From: Nitrospirota bacterium
GTDB taxonomy: Bacteria > Nitrospirota > UBA9217
Direction of reading: 5' to 3'
NCBI GenBank assembly: GCA_963737155.1
Contig: CAVTRN010000002.1
Span: forward strand, 1,632,001-1,696,000
DNA length: 64,000 bases
Part shown: positions 49,444 through 58,592 of the stretch, piece by piece
Layout: each line of letters begins with the position of its first letter
How positions within the stretch are numbered: position 1 is the first letter of the stretch
The notes under the pieces: generated by a model
What the model was told of the DNA's origin: nothing
What the model saw: only the letters and a program-made list of their open reading frames with translations
Databases searched by the model: none
Position numbers and translations under genes: made by a program

Positions 49444-50289
49444 ATGAATTACGACGATCCTATCCTTGATATTATTGGTGCATTAAGGCAAATCGCGAGA
49501 GAAAATTACCTTTCTGAATATACTATTAACCAGGATCGTCTTGAACAAATCAAGACAATTAAGGAGCCAGTTCTTAAAAGATTAGCAATTAACCTAAATA
49601 AGTATCATAAAGCTGTCGCGCCTGATAAAACCTGCTTGCGCTGTGGAAAGATCGCAAGTATGTACGGTTTTACCTGGTTCTTAGATCGTCGCCAGGGCAA
49701 TGTTTTGTGGGTTGCATATTTTGTATGTAAGCATCACTATAAAAAGTTGCTTTCCGGAAATAGTAATAATTTGCCAGATAGAATAAAAGTTATTATTGCT
49801 TCCAATAATTATGACGTGCCATCAAAATCGATAATCCATTCCCGAAAACAATACAATGATGTTGAGGAATTGCTATTTAGCTTGACAAATGACGATTTAA
49901 AACTATTTGCTGAAGCAAAGCACTGGAATGGTTATATGATTATTGATTATATAGCAGAGCGTATTTTATACTCGAATAATAAACTTTCATTGCTCAAGTT
50001 TTACACGGGCTTTGATGAGTTTGGCACCTCTATCCGCTATATTGAGCATACTCTTGAAGAAAAAGTATCATTTGAAAGTCCAGGATATTGGACGATCGAT
50101 AATTTATTCGCTTCTGATGACTATGGTCTGCTCAACTACTTAAATCCATTATTTACTCGTGATAAAATCGAAGAAGCATACTGGGAGTGGGTTGTGGAAG
50201 ACATTAATCAACGCAATGGCGATTTTATCGATCTTAGCGATAAAATAAATTTTAATCGACTTGTAAAAAAAAGACGATTTAATCATTAA
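49444..50289 (+). CDS. Hypothetical protein, possible CxxC...CxxH metal site
   Basis: 281 aa ORF in AT-rich DNA, divergent from the XRE gene; CLRC and CKHH. Confidence 0.65.
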   Translation: MNYDDPILDIIGALRQIARENYLSEYTINQDRLEQIKTIKEPVLKRLAINLNKYHKAVAPDKTCLRCGKIASMYGFTWFLDRRQGNVLWVAYFVCKHHYKKLLSGNSNNLPDRIKVIIASNNYDVPSKSIIHSRKQYNDVEELLFSLTNDDLKLFAEAKHWNGYMIIDYIAERILYSNNKLSLLKFYTGFDEFGTSIRYIEHTLEEKVSFESPGYWTIDNLFASDDYGLLNYLNPLFTRDKIEEAYWEWVVEDINQRNGDFIDLSDKINFNRLVKKRRFNH

Positions 50290-51019
50290 CTGTTGCGTTT
50301 TAAAGAACTTTATTTAAATCTGGAGGAGTGTCACGTGCTTCAATCAGATTTGACGCTATTTGATTCTACGGAACGTATATTGCCCTTGGATTGGATAGCC
50401 TCTTTTAGCGGTTGTGACAAAATTTAAATTAGCATGGGGTGTTCATAAACCACTACACGAATTAGGCCTAAAAAACCCTCAAATTTCTTGAAAATCCTAT
50501 TAATGGAAAAGTGTTCATAAATGAATTGTTATTGGGTGTAACTAATCTATGATATATGCTCCAAAATGTCTCACTTATGATTGGGGATTTAGGCCATTTT
50601 GTCTTGGCAGCTTAGTATATGGGGGGAAATAAGTATAATATATAATATTTTGTAGATAAGGTCCGTTTGGCCCGGGGTGATAAATTCTGATTCACAGATG
50701 CAATTATTTCGATTCCTAATAACTCGTGAGATTCTTCCTGAAGTTCTTGTGGTTGCCATTCTCTGCAACATATAAATTAACAACCTGTAACTTGCAACAG
50801 TCGCGTAATGTTTACGTGTCCATCGCTTTGTAGCCACATTATATTTAATAAATCATCTCCCTGACTATTCACATTTTCAGACGGTCCCACAATATCTCCA
50901 CTCAACACGATTGATTTTCTCCCTTAGCCTGCATTAATAAAACTGGTAAAACTTACAATGCAGCTGACATACTTTCGGAGCCTTCAATTCATGGGAGGCG
51001 GTCGATACCGGTTCCGAAG

Positions 51020-51104
51020 CTTGCCATTGGCAAGTACTTGTGGTAGCATCGGTTCTCGTACAGGGGATTTGCACCCCACTAGTTCACGCCTGTTCCGGGC
51101 GTAC
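51020..51104 (-). mobile_element. 5' remnant (~85 nt) of a group IIC(-attC) intron
   Basis: Minus strand GTACGCCCGGAACAGGCGTGAACTAGTGGGGTGCAAATCCCCTGTACGAG...GCCAATGGCAAG resembles class C intron domain I; it starts right after an attC bottom-strand stem ending in TGT. Confidence 0.75.
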
Positions 51105-51159
51105 ACACACGGGTCGAGTCCGACGCGCAAGGACCGCGCGTCTCACCCACGCGTTGGCA
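51105..51159 (+). repeat. attC site interrupted in its R'' box by the intron
   Basis: GGGT-C-GAG...CGCGC AAGGACC GCGCG...CTC-ACCC, then GTTGGCA core; one extrahelical base. Confidence 0.75.
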
Positions 51160-51178
51160 GGAAGAAGTTATAATTACA

Positions 51179-51534
51179 GTGCGGATTCGAAAATCCATTT
51201 CATGTGGCACGGTAATCACAAAACCCGAAGCAAAAAGTGATTTCATCGTGAAGTCTTGGAGGAAAAGGAGGGGGAACTGTGGTGGTATATTTCATCCCGA
51301 ATTATGTAAATCCGTACGCCTCACGAAAAAGGCATTACAGAGTCAAAGTTCGAGAAAGTATTTGCAAAAATACAGCAGTCAGGCGAATTCACCCGGGCTT
51401 GGTTTAACGCATTGCTTCCAGAGTGCGCAAGGGAAGGTGACTGCAATTACACAACAATCGGTGGAATCATCGAACTTCTCGGTAACCCTGAGTACTCAAG
51501 TCGCAGCGTCTACGAGAAACGTGGACAGATTTAA
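51179..51534 (+). pseudogene. Frameshifted hypothetical cassette gene
   Basis: Protein-like blocks in successive frames (KPEAKSDFIVKSW.KRRG / VVYFIPN / PHEKGITE...FTRAWFN...CNYTTIGGIIELLG) just after an attC core. Confidence 0.45.
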
Positions 51535-51574
51535 AACCGTCTTCTGGCTGTGATTAAAAATCAAAAAGGCTAAT

Positions 51575-52273
51575 ATGAACTACTCTTGGAAAGCATATCT
51601 TGCTTTAGGAATTGTATTTTTGCTCTCCCTTTTATTTAGCATCCTAATCCCATCCACCCAAATCCTCCATGAAATAAGCACCATCCCTGCTGTTATGGCA
51701 CTTATAGGCGCTGTGTATCAAATATTTCGAGATCAAGCAGCGTTTGAAAAACAATTATTACTGCAACAGAAGCAAAATCAATTTACACTTGGCGCAGCTT
51801 CACACATGGCAATTGTTGCCTTTGACAAACACGTTGAGTTTTGTGAATCATATATCGCTTGTACTCGCCGTATTCTAGATGAAATATACAATTACGGGGC
51901 GAAACGCAGACCACAGCTGGATGATCTCTTGCATGCACTTATTGATACACGTCAGAAATATGAGGCTTGGCTCACGCAGGGAATAAATTCACAAATAGTT
52001 AATTTCGAATCAAAATTGAAAGAAATGGTTCTCTTCACTGAATTGACTAAGGATCCTAGTTCTGATGAGGAACGTAGAAAACTATTTGCTAAAAAAGCAA
52101 TGGACCTTTATTCAATCTTCATACGTGATGAAGATGATCCAGAAATCGCTCCCGATAGAATCGTTGCACTTCTGCAAAGTATTCTCGGGATAGAAGAACT
52201 AACAGCCTTGCGTCAAGCCGTGATAAACGAGGCCGTAAAAGTAATCAAATCCTCAGGAAAAAAGGGTTTATAA
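51575..52273 (+). CDS. Hypothetical protein with two N-terminal TM helices
   Basis: 232 aa ORF; hydrophobic N-terminus then a helical soluble domain. Confidence 0.7.
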   Translation: MNYSWKAYLALGIVFLLSLLFSILIPSTQILHEISTIPAVMALIGAVYQIFRDQAAFEKQLLLQQKQNQFTLGAASHMAIVAFDKHVEFCESYIACTRRILDEIYNYGAKRRPQLDDLLHALIDTRQKYEAWLTQGINSQIVNFESKLKEMVLFTELTKDPSSDEERRKLFAKKAMDLYSIFIRDEDDPEIAPDRIVALLQSILGIEELTALRQAVINEAVKVIKSSGKKGL

Positions 52274-52274
52274 G

Positions 52275-52508
52275 ATGAGCTACTGGGTGGGCTACTTCAT
52301 GTATGATCCGCAGGCTGATAAAGAGCCGCTATCAAAACAGCTTCTCGGGCCATTTGCAACGCGTCAAGAAGCTAAAGAAGCGAAATATAAGAACAGAGAA
52401 CTTGGCGTGTTCCAAACAGACATATTTGAGGCAGATTTAGAAGACGAACCAATGGTCTTGATCCAGGATAACAACGGAAATCCGGTATTATCCAGGGGGG
52501 ATGACTAA
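52275..52508 (+). CDS. Small hypothetical protein
   Basis: Starts 1 nt after the upstream stop; its stop codon lies in the R'' box of the next attC. Confidence 0.55.
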   Translation: MSYWVGYFMYDPQADKEPLSKQLLGPFATRQEAKEAKYKNRELGVFQTDIFEADLEDEPMVLIQDNNGNPVLSRGDD

Positions 52509-52559
52509 TAACGGATTTTTCGAACTTATCGAGGGGGGCTAGTGATCCCCTTGTTAGTC
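52503..52559 (+). repeat. attC-like site, degenerate
   Basis: GACTAAT..CGGAT...ATCC..TTGTTAGTC: complementary R''/R' boxes (AAC changed to AAT), 57 bp. Confidence 0.55.
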
Positions 52560-52574
52560 TAAGAGGGTCATGAA

Positions 52575-53684
52575 ATGATATTAAAACTACCAGAAAATCG
52601 CAGAAAAATAATAGATTATCTCAACGACATAGATGAGGATACTTTCATCGATGAATTCATTATTCCTTTTTTTACCTCTCAGGGGTATCAAGTCTATCGC
52701 ATAAACTCACATGGTCCAGGCGAACACGGCAAAGACATCATTTTTGTTAGACATATCCCTATATTTACTGAGAACGAGTTTATTTCTGTACAGGCTAAGG
52801 CTGAAGCAGTTACAACAGCGAACGTTGAGAAATGTGCTAGTCAGCTTAAACGCGCTCTTCAAACGAAATTTCCTCCGCGATCAGGAACAGGCGATATATA
52901 TGCCCATTATGCAATATTTATAAACGCCCGTAAACATTCAAATGATGCTTACACCGAATTTCCTCAGCTTGTTAATAGCCAGTATGCAAAGATATTAAGT
53001 CAAGAGAACGTATGTGAGTTGATAATGCAATACGGCATAGCACCTAAACGTCTATTGGACCAGCTAAGTATGAGTTCTCCGGAATCGCAATCAAAAGAAG
53101 ATAGAGAAATCATCGAAACGATACTGACGAACAATCCGGCTGAAGTAGATAACTTACTAAATCACAAGCTGAAATTTATGAAAGATAAAATAAGTCGTGA
53201 TACGAAGCAACTTGTTGTTGACTACATTTATGAAAGGTGGGAATCCGACAGATCATGGGTAGGTACGGTAAAGCCTATGAAATGGTTCGACACTTATTTT
53301 GATTTCTTTTCTGAAAAAGGCAGCAAATATCTATTGACCGTCTTTGAAGAACTCATGTCGTCTACACCGTCTTTCGATGCTTTGCCATATACTAAATCTG
53401 TAGTTCGAAAAATAACACCGGACCTGCTGTCATATATTGAGGACGACTTTATAAACCTATGTGCACGCAAATCGATTTCACATCCAAGGGAAAATATCGA
53501 TTACCTTTATGATAAGTTACAAGAATTCTTGAATTCAAATCTTATAAAGACAACCACCAACCGCCGTATTGCTGAGAAGATTCTTTCATTAAAGCAATAT
53601 AGGACGGAAGGCAAGACCGAGGAAGCAAGGAAAGTTGACGAGGAACTCTATTATATCGCGTACCCAGATGAGCGTAAAGCATAG
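52575..53684 (+). CDS. Mrr-like PD-(D/E)xK nuclease domain protein
   Basis: N-terminal QGYQV...HGPGEHGKDIIF...ISVQAK, followed by a helical C-terminal region. Confidence 0.7.
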   Translation: MILKLPENRRKIIDYLNDIDEDTFIDEFIIPFFTSQGYQVYRINSHGPGEHGKDIIFVRHIPIFTENEFISVQAKAEAVTTANVEKCASQLKRALQTKFPPRSGTGDIYAHYAIFINARKHSNDAYTEFPQLVNSQYAKILSQENVCELIMQYGIAPKRLLDQLSMSSPESQSKEDREIIETILTNNPAEVDNLLNHKLKFMKDKISRDTKQLVVDYIYERWESDRSWVGTVKPMKWFDTYFDFFSEKGSKYLLTVFEELMSSTPSFDALPYTKSVVRKITPDLLSYIEDDFINLCARKSISHPRENIDYLYDKLQEFLNSNLIKTTTNRRIAEKILSLKQYRTEGKTEEARKVDEELYYIAYPDERKA

Positions 53685-53686
53685 TA

Positions 53687-53745
53687 ACCCAACCAGGCGC
53701 TCGACATCGAGTCGCCAAAAGCGGCGAGTCAGCGCCGCGTTAAGA
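53687..53745 (+). repeat. attC site (59 bp)
   Basis: ACCCAAC..GGCGCT-C-GAC..TCGCC/GGCGA..GTC-AGCGCC..GTTAAGA, 2 nt after the stop codon. Confidence 0.85.
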
Positions 53746-53873
53746 AGCGAATGCGTGCATTGATTAAGAAGCAAGCCCGTGCATTACTAAAAAATTTCCT
53801 CAGTAGTATCAAACATTATAGTCTACGAAATACACGCTGAGAACCAACAGTCTATAATTGGGTAAAAATTATT

Positions 53874-54851
53874 ATGAGTACATTATTTGTACAAAAGAAG
53901 ATTAGAATTCCTACAATAGGAACCTGGGGTTGGAGCGAAGAAAATTACAAAACCCCCCTTATTTTTTCTCTTAACGGCGCGAAAGCCTTGTTGTTTCTGG
54001 AGCCGATAGCCCTTCCGAGGCGTAATGATAAAAGAGATTCACTTTGGGAGGCCATCTTACAAATCCAGTTCGCACCACCGCCCAATAAGATCATAAAAGG
54101 ACTCAAAACTTCTGGCAAACAATGTCTTGAAGTCGCAAGTCAAATTTACGACTATTACCGGGAAGTAATAGAGAAATTTGAGGGTCTAATCAGAACTACC
54201 GCAAATGTAAAATTCTTAATGCCTGACGAATCGCCGATGTCAATTTCGTCCTTTTTTAGTGACCATCAGCATCATTATGGCGAAGAAGTAACTTGGTGGG
54301 TTGATTCCCAAAAACCGATAAAATTTCACCCCAAGATATCAGGGACACGTCGGACACTGAATCCTCTTTTTAAGAGAGATCAACTTATTGATAATAACAA
54401 ATGGCTGAGAATGCAAAGGGCGATCGAGTTAAACGAATATCCATCGGATGAAATGATGGAATTGTTGCGGATTAGATCTCAACTTGCATGGCGTAGGAAA
54501 AAAATTGCAACAATCGAAGCTGCCGTATTTGCAGAAACAATCCTTCGAGAATATGCAGTTCAAGTATTGCTTGATCAGGGCATTAGCAAGACCAAGCTTC
54601 AATCTTTACGAGATGATCTCTCTTTCAACTTAATGCTAAACGCTGTATTGCCGCTCACGCTGACAAAATCCGAAGCTAAGAAATTAAAAAACCATATTAT
54701 TGCAGTTGATGTATTGCGTAAAATTAGAAATGACGTCGTACACGGAACCATTGAAGAAAAAGACATTGACGAACTCTCAGTTAGAACAAGCATCGAATCA
54801 ACATTAAAAATTATTGAGACAATCAAATCTAAGATTAAAGAAAAGACCTAA
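53874..54851 (+). CDS. HEPN-domain (ApeA/MAE_28990-like) protein
   Basis: C-terminal helical domain with IEAAVFAE and an Rx4H motif (RNDVVH). Confidence 0.65.
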   Translation: MSTLFVQKKIRIPTIGTWGWSEENYKTPLIFSLNGAKALLFLEPIALPRRNDKRDSLWEAILQIQFAPPPNKIIKGLKTSGKQCLEVASQIYDYYREVIEKFEGLIRTTANVKFLMPDESPMSISSFFSDHQHHYGEEVTWWVDSQKPIKFHPKISGTRRTLNPLFKRDQLIDNNKWLRMQRAIELNEYPSDEMMELLRIRSQLAWRRKKIATIEAAVFAETILREYAVQVLLDQGISKTKLQSLRDDLSFNLMLNAVLPLTLTKSEAKKLKNHIIAVDVLRKIRNDVVHGTIEEKDIDELSVRTSIESTLKIIETIKSKIKEKT

Positions 54852-54905
54852 CAATCGCGTCCACATCGATTCGCCAAGAAGCGGCGGGTGACGCGAGCAT
54901 TGAGT
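54846..54905 (+). repeat. attC site with the core GTT mutated to ATT
   Basis: ACCTAAC contains the stop codon; TCGCGT-C-CAC..TCGCC/GGCGG..GTG-ACGCGA; closely related to the 53687 site. Confidence 0.8.
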
Positions 54906-55124
54906 CTGTAGGGGAACCCCTTAAGGGCAGCGACGATTTTTACTGTTGATAATAAGAATAGCAACGATAGCGATTCTGAGCCCTAATGACGGACTTTCCC
55001 TCATTTGGCCAACATTGCGCGACGTAGTGGAAGCTTAACCGCACTAAGCGAAGCCTTATGCGTTAGTGTTTTGAAAGGTACTTATTCTACAGACTCGTTG
55101 GGTCCTAAAAAAAGGAGGCATCAT

Positions 55125-55613
55125 ATGGATCAAGATGGTTATGACATTGCCCAAGTTTGTCCCAATAGTCACACGACAAATAAGTCATCACGCAAGTATC
55201 CTGAGGATAACAAACAATTTTGTGATAAGTGCGGGGAAAAGACAATAACAACTTGTTCGAAATGTAACAATCCGATTCGAGGCGCTTACCACGCTGAAGG
55301 AGTATTCGGCGTCTTTGAATATACACCGCCAGCATATTGCTACAATTGTGGTAATGCATTTCCTTGGACTGAGAGAAAAATCCAGGCCGCCATGGAACTT
55401 TCAATTGAAGAAGGCAATCTTAACGAAGAAGATAGTACAATATTAGAACAAAGCATAAAAGATATAGTACGTGACACAGCGCAAACGCAAGTTGCCGCAA
55501 GCAGATTTAAGAAAATAATGACTAAGGCGGGACTATCGACCACAGGTGCCGTCAAGGATATTCTGGTTGATATTGTTAGCGAAACGGCCAAGAAGATAAT
55601 TTGGCCAGGTTGA
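55125..55613 (+). CDS. DUF2321-like zinc-ribbon protein
   Basis: YDIAQVCPN.H, FCDKCG, CSKCNNPIRG, PAYCYNCG.AFPWT; AAGGAGG RBS. Confidence 0.75.
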   Translation: MDQDGYDIAQVCPNSHTTNKSSRKYPEDNKQFCDKCGEKTITTCSKCNNPIRGAYHAEGVFGVFEYTPPAYCYNCGNAFPWTERKIQAAMELSIEEGNLNEEDSTILEQSIKDIVRDTAQTQVAASRFKKIMTKAGLSTTGAVKDILVDIVSETAKKIIWPG

Positions 55614-55682
55614 TGCAGTGAAGAAAAGAGCAACTGACAACTTGGGCGACCCTTCTACGTGTAGAATGGCATTGGATTGCTC

Positions 55683-55727
55683 TTCCAACAAGCGCCTGGA
55701 CAGCGACGCGTCAGGCGCGAGTTCATG
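55683..55727 (+). repeat. Short attC-like site (45 bp)
   Basis: TTCCAAC AA GCGCCTG-G-AC..GTCAGGCGC GA GTTCATG. Confidence 0.65.
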
Positions 55728-55761
55728 TGCACTTTTCATGCAGTATCCGGCATTGAGTTTT

Positions 55762-56063
55762 AGTCAACAACCTTTGCCAGGCTGTGTTGAACTTTGGCGC
55801 GTTCTACATAAGCATCTAGCTTCTCGAATCCCTCGATCGTGTTGTCAAAAATCAGGTTTTCCGCAAGAGAGCTGTACCGAAGAACGCACGGTGCTTTTCT
55901 TTCGCAACATCAATTCCTACGATTAGATGCTGCTCCGAACCGCGAAATTCTTTCTTCATTTGCAGAAACTGCTCTAGTCTGATATCATCAATACTATTCA
56001 TAGAAGCCTCCTGTCTCTTGATTTAGTTTCTCGATAAACCAATTCTTAACAGGAGGCTTCTAT
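55762..56063 (-). mobile_element. IS110-family transposase 5' remnant with upstream RBS-sequestering hairpin
   Basis: From ATG 56001: MNSIDDIRLEQF...LIVGIDVAKEKH (first Asp of DEDD), frameshift, LIFDNTIEGFEKL, then truncated; 15-bp inverted repeat at 56000-56014 and 56049-56063. Confidence 0.75.
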
Positions 56064-56341
56064 TTTAGATAGTCTTGAAGATTATTTTGTCTATGCTCTA
56101 ATGGGAAGGTCTATCTTCAGGGCTTATCTATATATAACGCCGTTGCAACCTTGTAGGTGAATTCGAGTTTTATATAATATTAGCGAAAGTGCAGAATTCA
56201 TTTATATATCATTGCCTTATTTAGTAATATTTTCTGTTAACAGCATCTTCCAGTATTCCTTATAGTTTAGATTCACTAAATCACTTAAAGTTTCAACCCG
56301 TTATTCGACAGCGGGACATTATGCCCTTTGAGGAGGCACTC

Positions 56342-56713
56342 ATGGAAGTGACGCTTTACGATGGAAAAGGTCATCCTGTTGCGTACATAGCAGATGACGG
56401 CGAAAACAGTATCTACCTCTGGAGTGGCCATGCGGTTGCATACATCGATGGAGAAAATATCTACGGATGGAATGGCACGCACATGGGATGGTTCTCGGGC
56501 GGTGTATTGTATAACTTGCACGGTCAGCGTGTCGGTTCGATTGCGGAGAAATGCCCTTACTCTGTTTATGAAGAGCCAGCTAAGTATGCAAAATACGCTA
56601 AGTATGCAAAGTACGCGCGCTACGCTGCGTACGCACGTTCAGCCTTCAGCAGTAGCTACAGCAACGAACCGTTGGAGAAATTTCTCAAGGGTGGCGCGGT
56701 TGACTCCGTTTAG
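56342..56713 (+). CDS. Small '4-fold beta-flower'-like protein with AKY repeats
   Basis: Repeated LYD.KG..VAYI / IY.W.G..VAYI / IYGWNG..MGW / LYN..G..VG units; GAGGAGG RBS. Confidence 0.7.
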   Translation: MEVTLYDGKGHPVAYIADDGENSIYLWSGHAVAYIDGENIYGWNGTHMGWFSGGVLYNLHGQRVGSIAEKCPYSVYEEPAKYAKYAKYAKYARYAAYARSAFSSSYSNEPLEKFLKGGAVDSV

Positions 56714-57099
56714 CGGATTCGGTATTCAATGATAATATATATGTTGAAGTGACCACTGAAGAGCACGCAGAGAAAAAAGGGCTGATTGATCTTAAATTGT
56801 CTTGGGCATTCGAATTAGAAATAAAGGAATGCCCTACTTTTCAGTTTGAGTACTCAAAAGATAAAAGTCGCTAAAATTTACTTTGTGCTACCATTATGAG
56901 TCTCACAGAAGTCGCCACATATCTCAACCACATGTTGCTAGTTACTATAGGTATTTCATGCATTTTTTAAGCGCGTGTCGCCGCAAGATTATAGATGGCC
57001 GTGAGATAGACATATTTTGGGAAGGTGTATAGGATCGTGGTTGTAATATGCGTCGCTGTCATCTTGCTCTTACCTTAAAATTCGCTCCCTACACCAATG

Positions 57100-57128
57100 T
57101 TGACAGAAAATTGAATCAGATATATTAT
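57100..57128 (+). promoter_or_regulatory. sigma70 promoter upstream of the two-gene unit
   Basis: TTGACA-N17-TATTAT. Confidence 0.6.
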
Positions 57129-57269
57129 TCGCCGAAATAATGATGCTAAACTAAAATAACACTGTAAAGCTGATGTTATCTTAGGGGGCTGCTCAATAAA
57201 TGGTTTCCCTGGAGATATTGACGGCAACATTATGAGGGAAATCAAGATCATGCGATCAAGGAGCTTATT

Positions 57270-57785
57270 ATGAAAGAAGCAAAAGTTTCGGTAAAAGAGA
57301 CAACATCGTTTGCCGATTTTATAGAAAGAATGAGCATAACGGTTCCACCGAATGAGATACTGATAATACCGGATAATTATGAAGAGCTTAAATCACCGAA
57401 CGATGCGATTTTCGCGGGTCCATCTATTACAGTTAAAAAGTTATTAACCTCAAAAGGGCTAAAAATTAACTTGGTAGATATGAAAACTGAGACTTGGACG
57501 GCAGATAAACGCGGTGCTGATTGGTTTGGCCCGACATTATTTATAAGCAGTCTTCTTTTATCTGAAAACAAGGAGGCTGTTTCAGTGGCTTTGGGGGTCA
57601 TTTCAAATTATATATCAAGTGCGTTTGGCATTGGTGGATTTCGGGCTGAAAGCATTGCCAGGTTTAAAATCTTGGTTAAAAATGAAACGTCCGGTGTGAC
57701 GAAAGAGATTTCATACGAGGGGCCAAGTCAAGGCATAAAAGATCTTGAAAAGGTAATTAAATCCGCAGCACAGATAAAAAAATAA
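57270..57785 (+). CDS. Hypothetical protein, gene 1 of a coupled pair
   Basis: AAGGAG RBS; central hydrophobic/amphipathic segment; ends 2 nt before the next ATG. Confidence 0.7.
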   Translation: MKEAKVSVKETTSFADFIERMSITVPPNEILIIPDNYEELKSPNDAIFAGPSITVKKLLTSKGLKINLVDMKTETWTADKRGADWFGPTLFISSLLLSENKEAVSVALGVISNYISSAFGIGGFRAESIARFKILVKNETSGVTKEISYEGPSQGIKDLEKVIKSAAQIKK

Positions 57786-57787
57786 CT

Positions 57788-58552
57788 ATGGATAATAAAA
57801 TTACGGTAGTTGAAATAATTAACTCATATAATAAAGCTTTAGAATCTGCATTAAAAATGAACTATCTTGTACGAGATGATAAATTGCAGAGCGATGAAGC
57901 ACAGCAACTATTAAAATTAAAAAGTCTTGTCAAAGCGATCAAGTATCAGGTTATCGAACAAGGCAATGAAAAACTAGCAAATAGATTGTTTCACTTGCAG
58001 TCCGTTTTGAATTCAGTATCTTCAATCTTGAATATGTGGATTGCTCTTAAGAAAGAAGAATATACGGTTGCATGGTGCCTACTGATTGATGCACAGGAAT
58101 ATCTGGATTTGGCACTGAAGGCGATTCGTGGCGAAGAGGGATATTGGGGGCTCGAAGAATACAAAGATAGACTTTTATCAATTGAACATGTCTGTTTTCC
58201 AGGCTTCCCTATGTACAACAGTTGGGGAGCAAAATTGAAAGGTGGCAAGTGTAGTATCTGCGGGGCTTACTATGATAAGTGCGACCATATTGATGGCTTA
58301 GTATATTCCGGTAGACTATGCACAGTTATCGGGTATGCTTCACTTGAAGCAGATCATTCTTCGCTAGTCGATAATCCTCGGGATAGAAGATGCATTATTA
58401 ACAAGATATCGACGGATGAAGGCTTGATGAGGGACTACATAACATGGAAAATCACGGATGAACCTGTACCTCAAGTGCAGGATGCAAACTTAAGAGAGGG
58501 AGGGTACTTGCGCTGTACTTTATTCGTAAACAAAACAATTGAATGGGACTAA
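57788..58552 (+). CDS. Hypothetical protein with a C-terminal CSICG-x5-CxH-x9-C module
   Basis: Helical N-terminus; SWG...CSICG...CDHIDGLVYSGRLC...SLVDNP. Confidence 0.7.
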   Translation: MDNKITVVEIINSYNKALESALKMNYLVRDDKLQSDEAQQLLKLKSLVKAIKYQVIEQGNEKLANRLFHLQSVLNSVSSILNMWIALKKEEYTVAWCLLIDAQEYLDLALKAIRGEEGYWGLEEYKDRLLSIEHVCFPGFPMYNSWGAKLKGGKCSICGAYYDKCDHIDGLVYSGRLCTVIGYASLEADHSSLVDNPRDRRCIINKISTDEGLMRDYITWKITDEPVPQVQDANLREGGYLRCTLFVNKTIEWD

Positions 58553-58592
58553 TGCATTAATGAGGAGTCGATATGCGACTTGAACGATGACA

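Noticed and set aside
55007-55068. Additional attC (GGCCAAC...GTTAGTG, 62 bp) before the DUF2321-like gene
   Set aside because: Box spacing fits but the arms pair poorly; at best highly degenerate, so not counted
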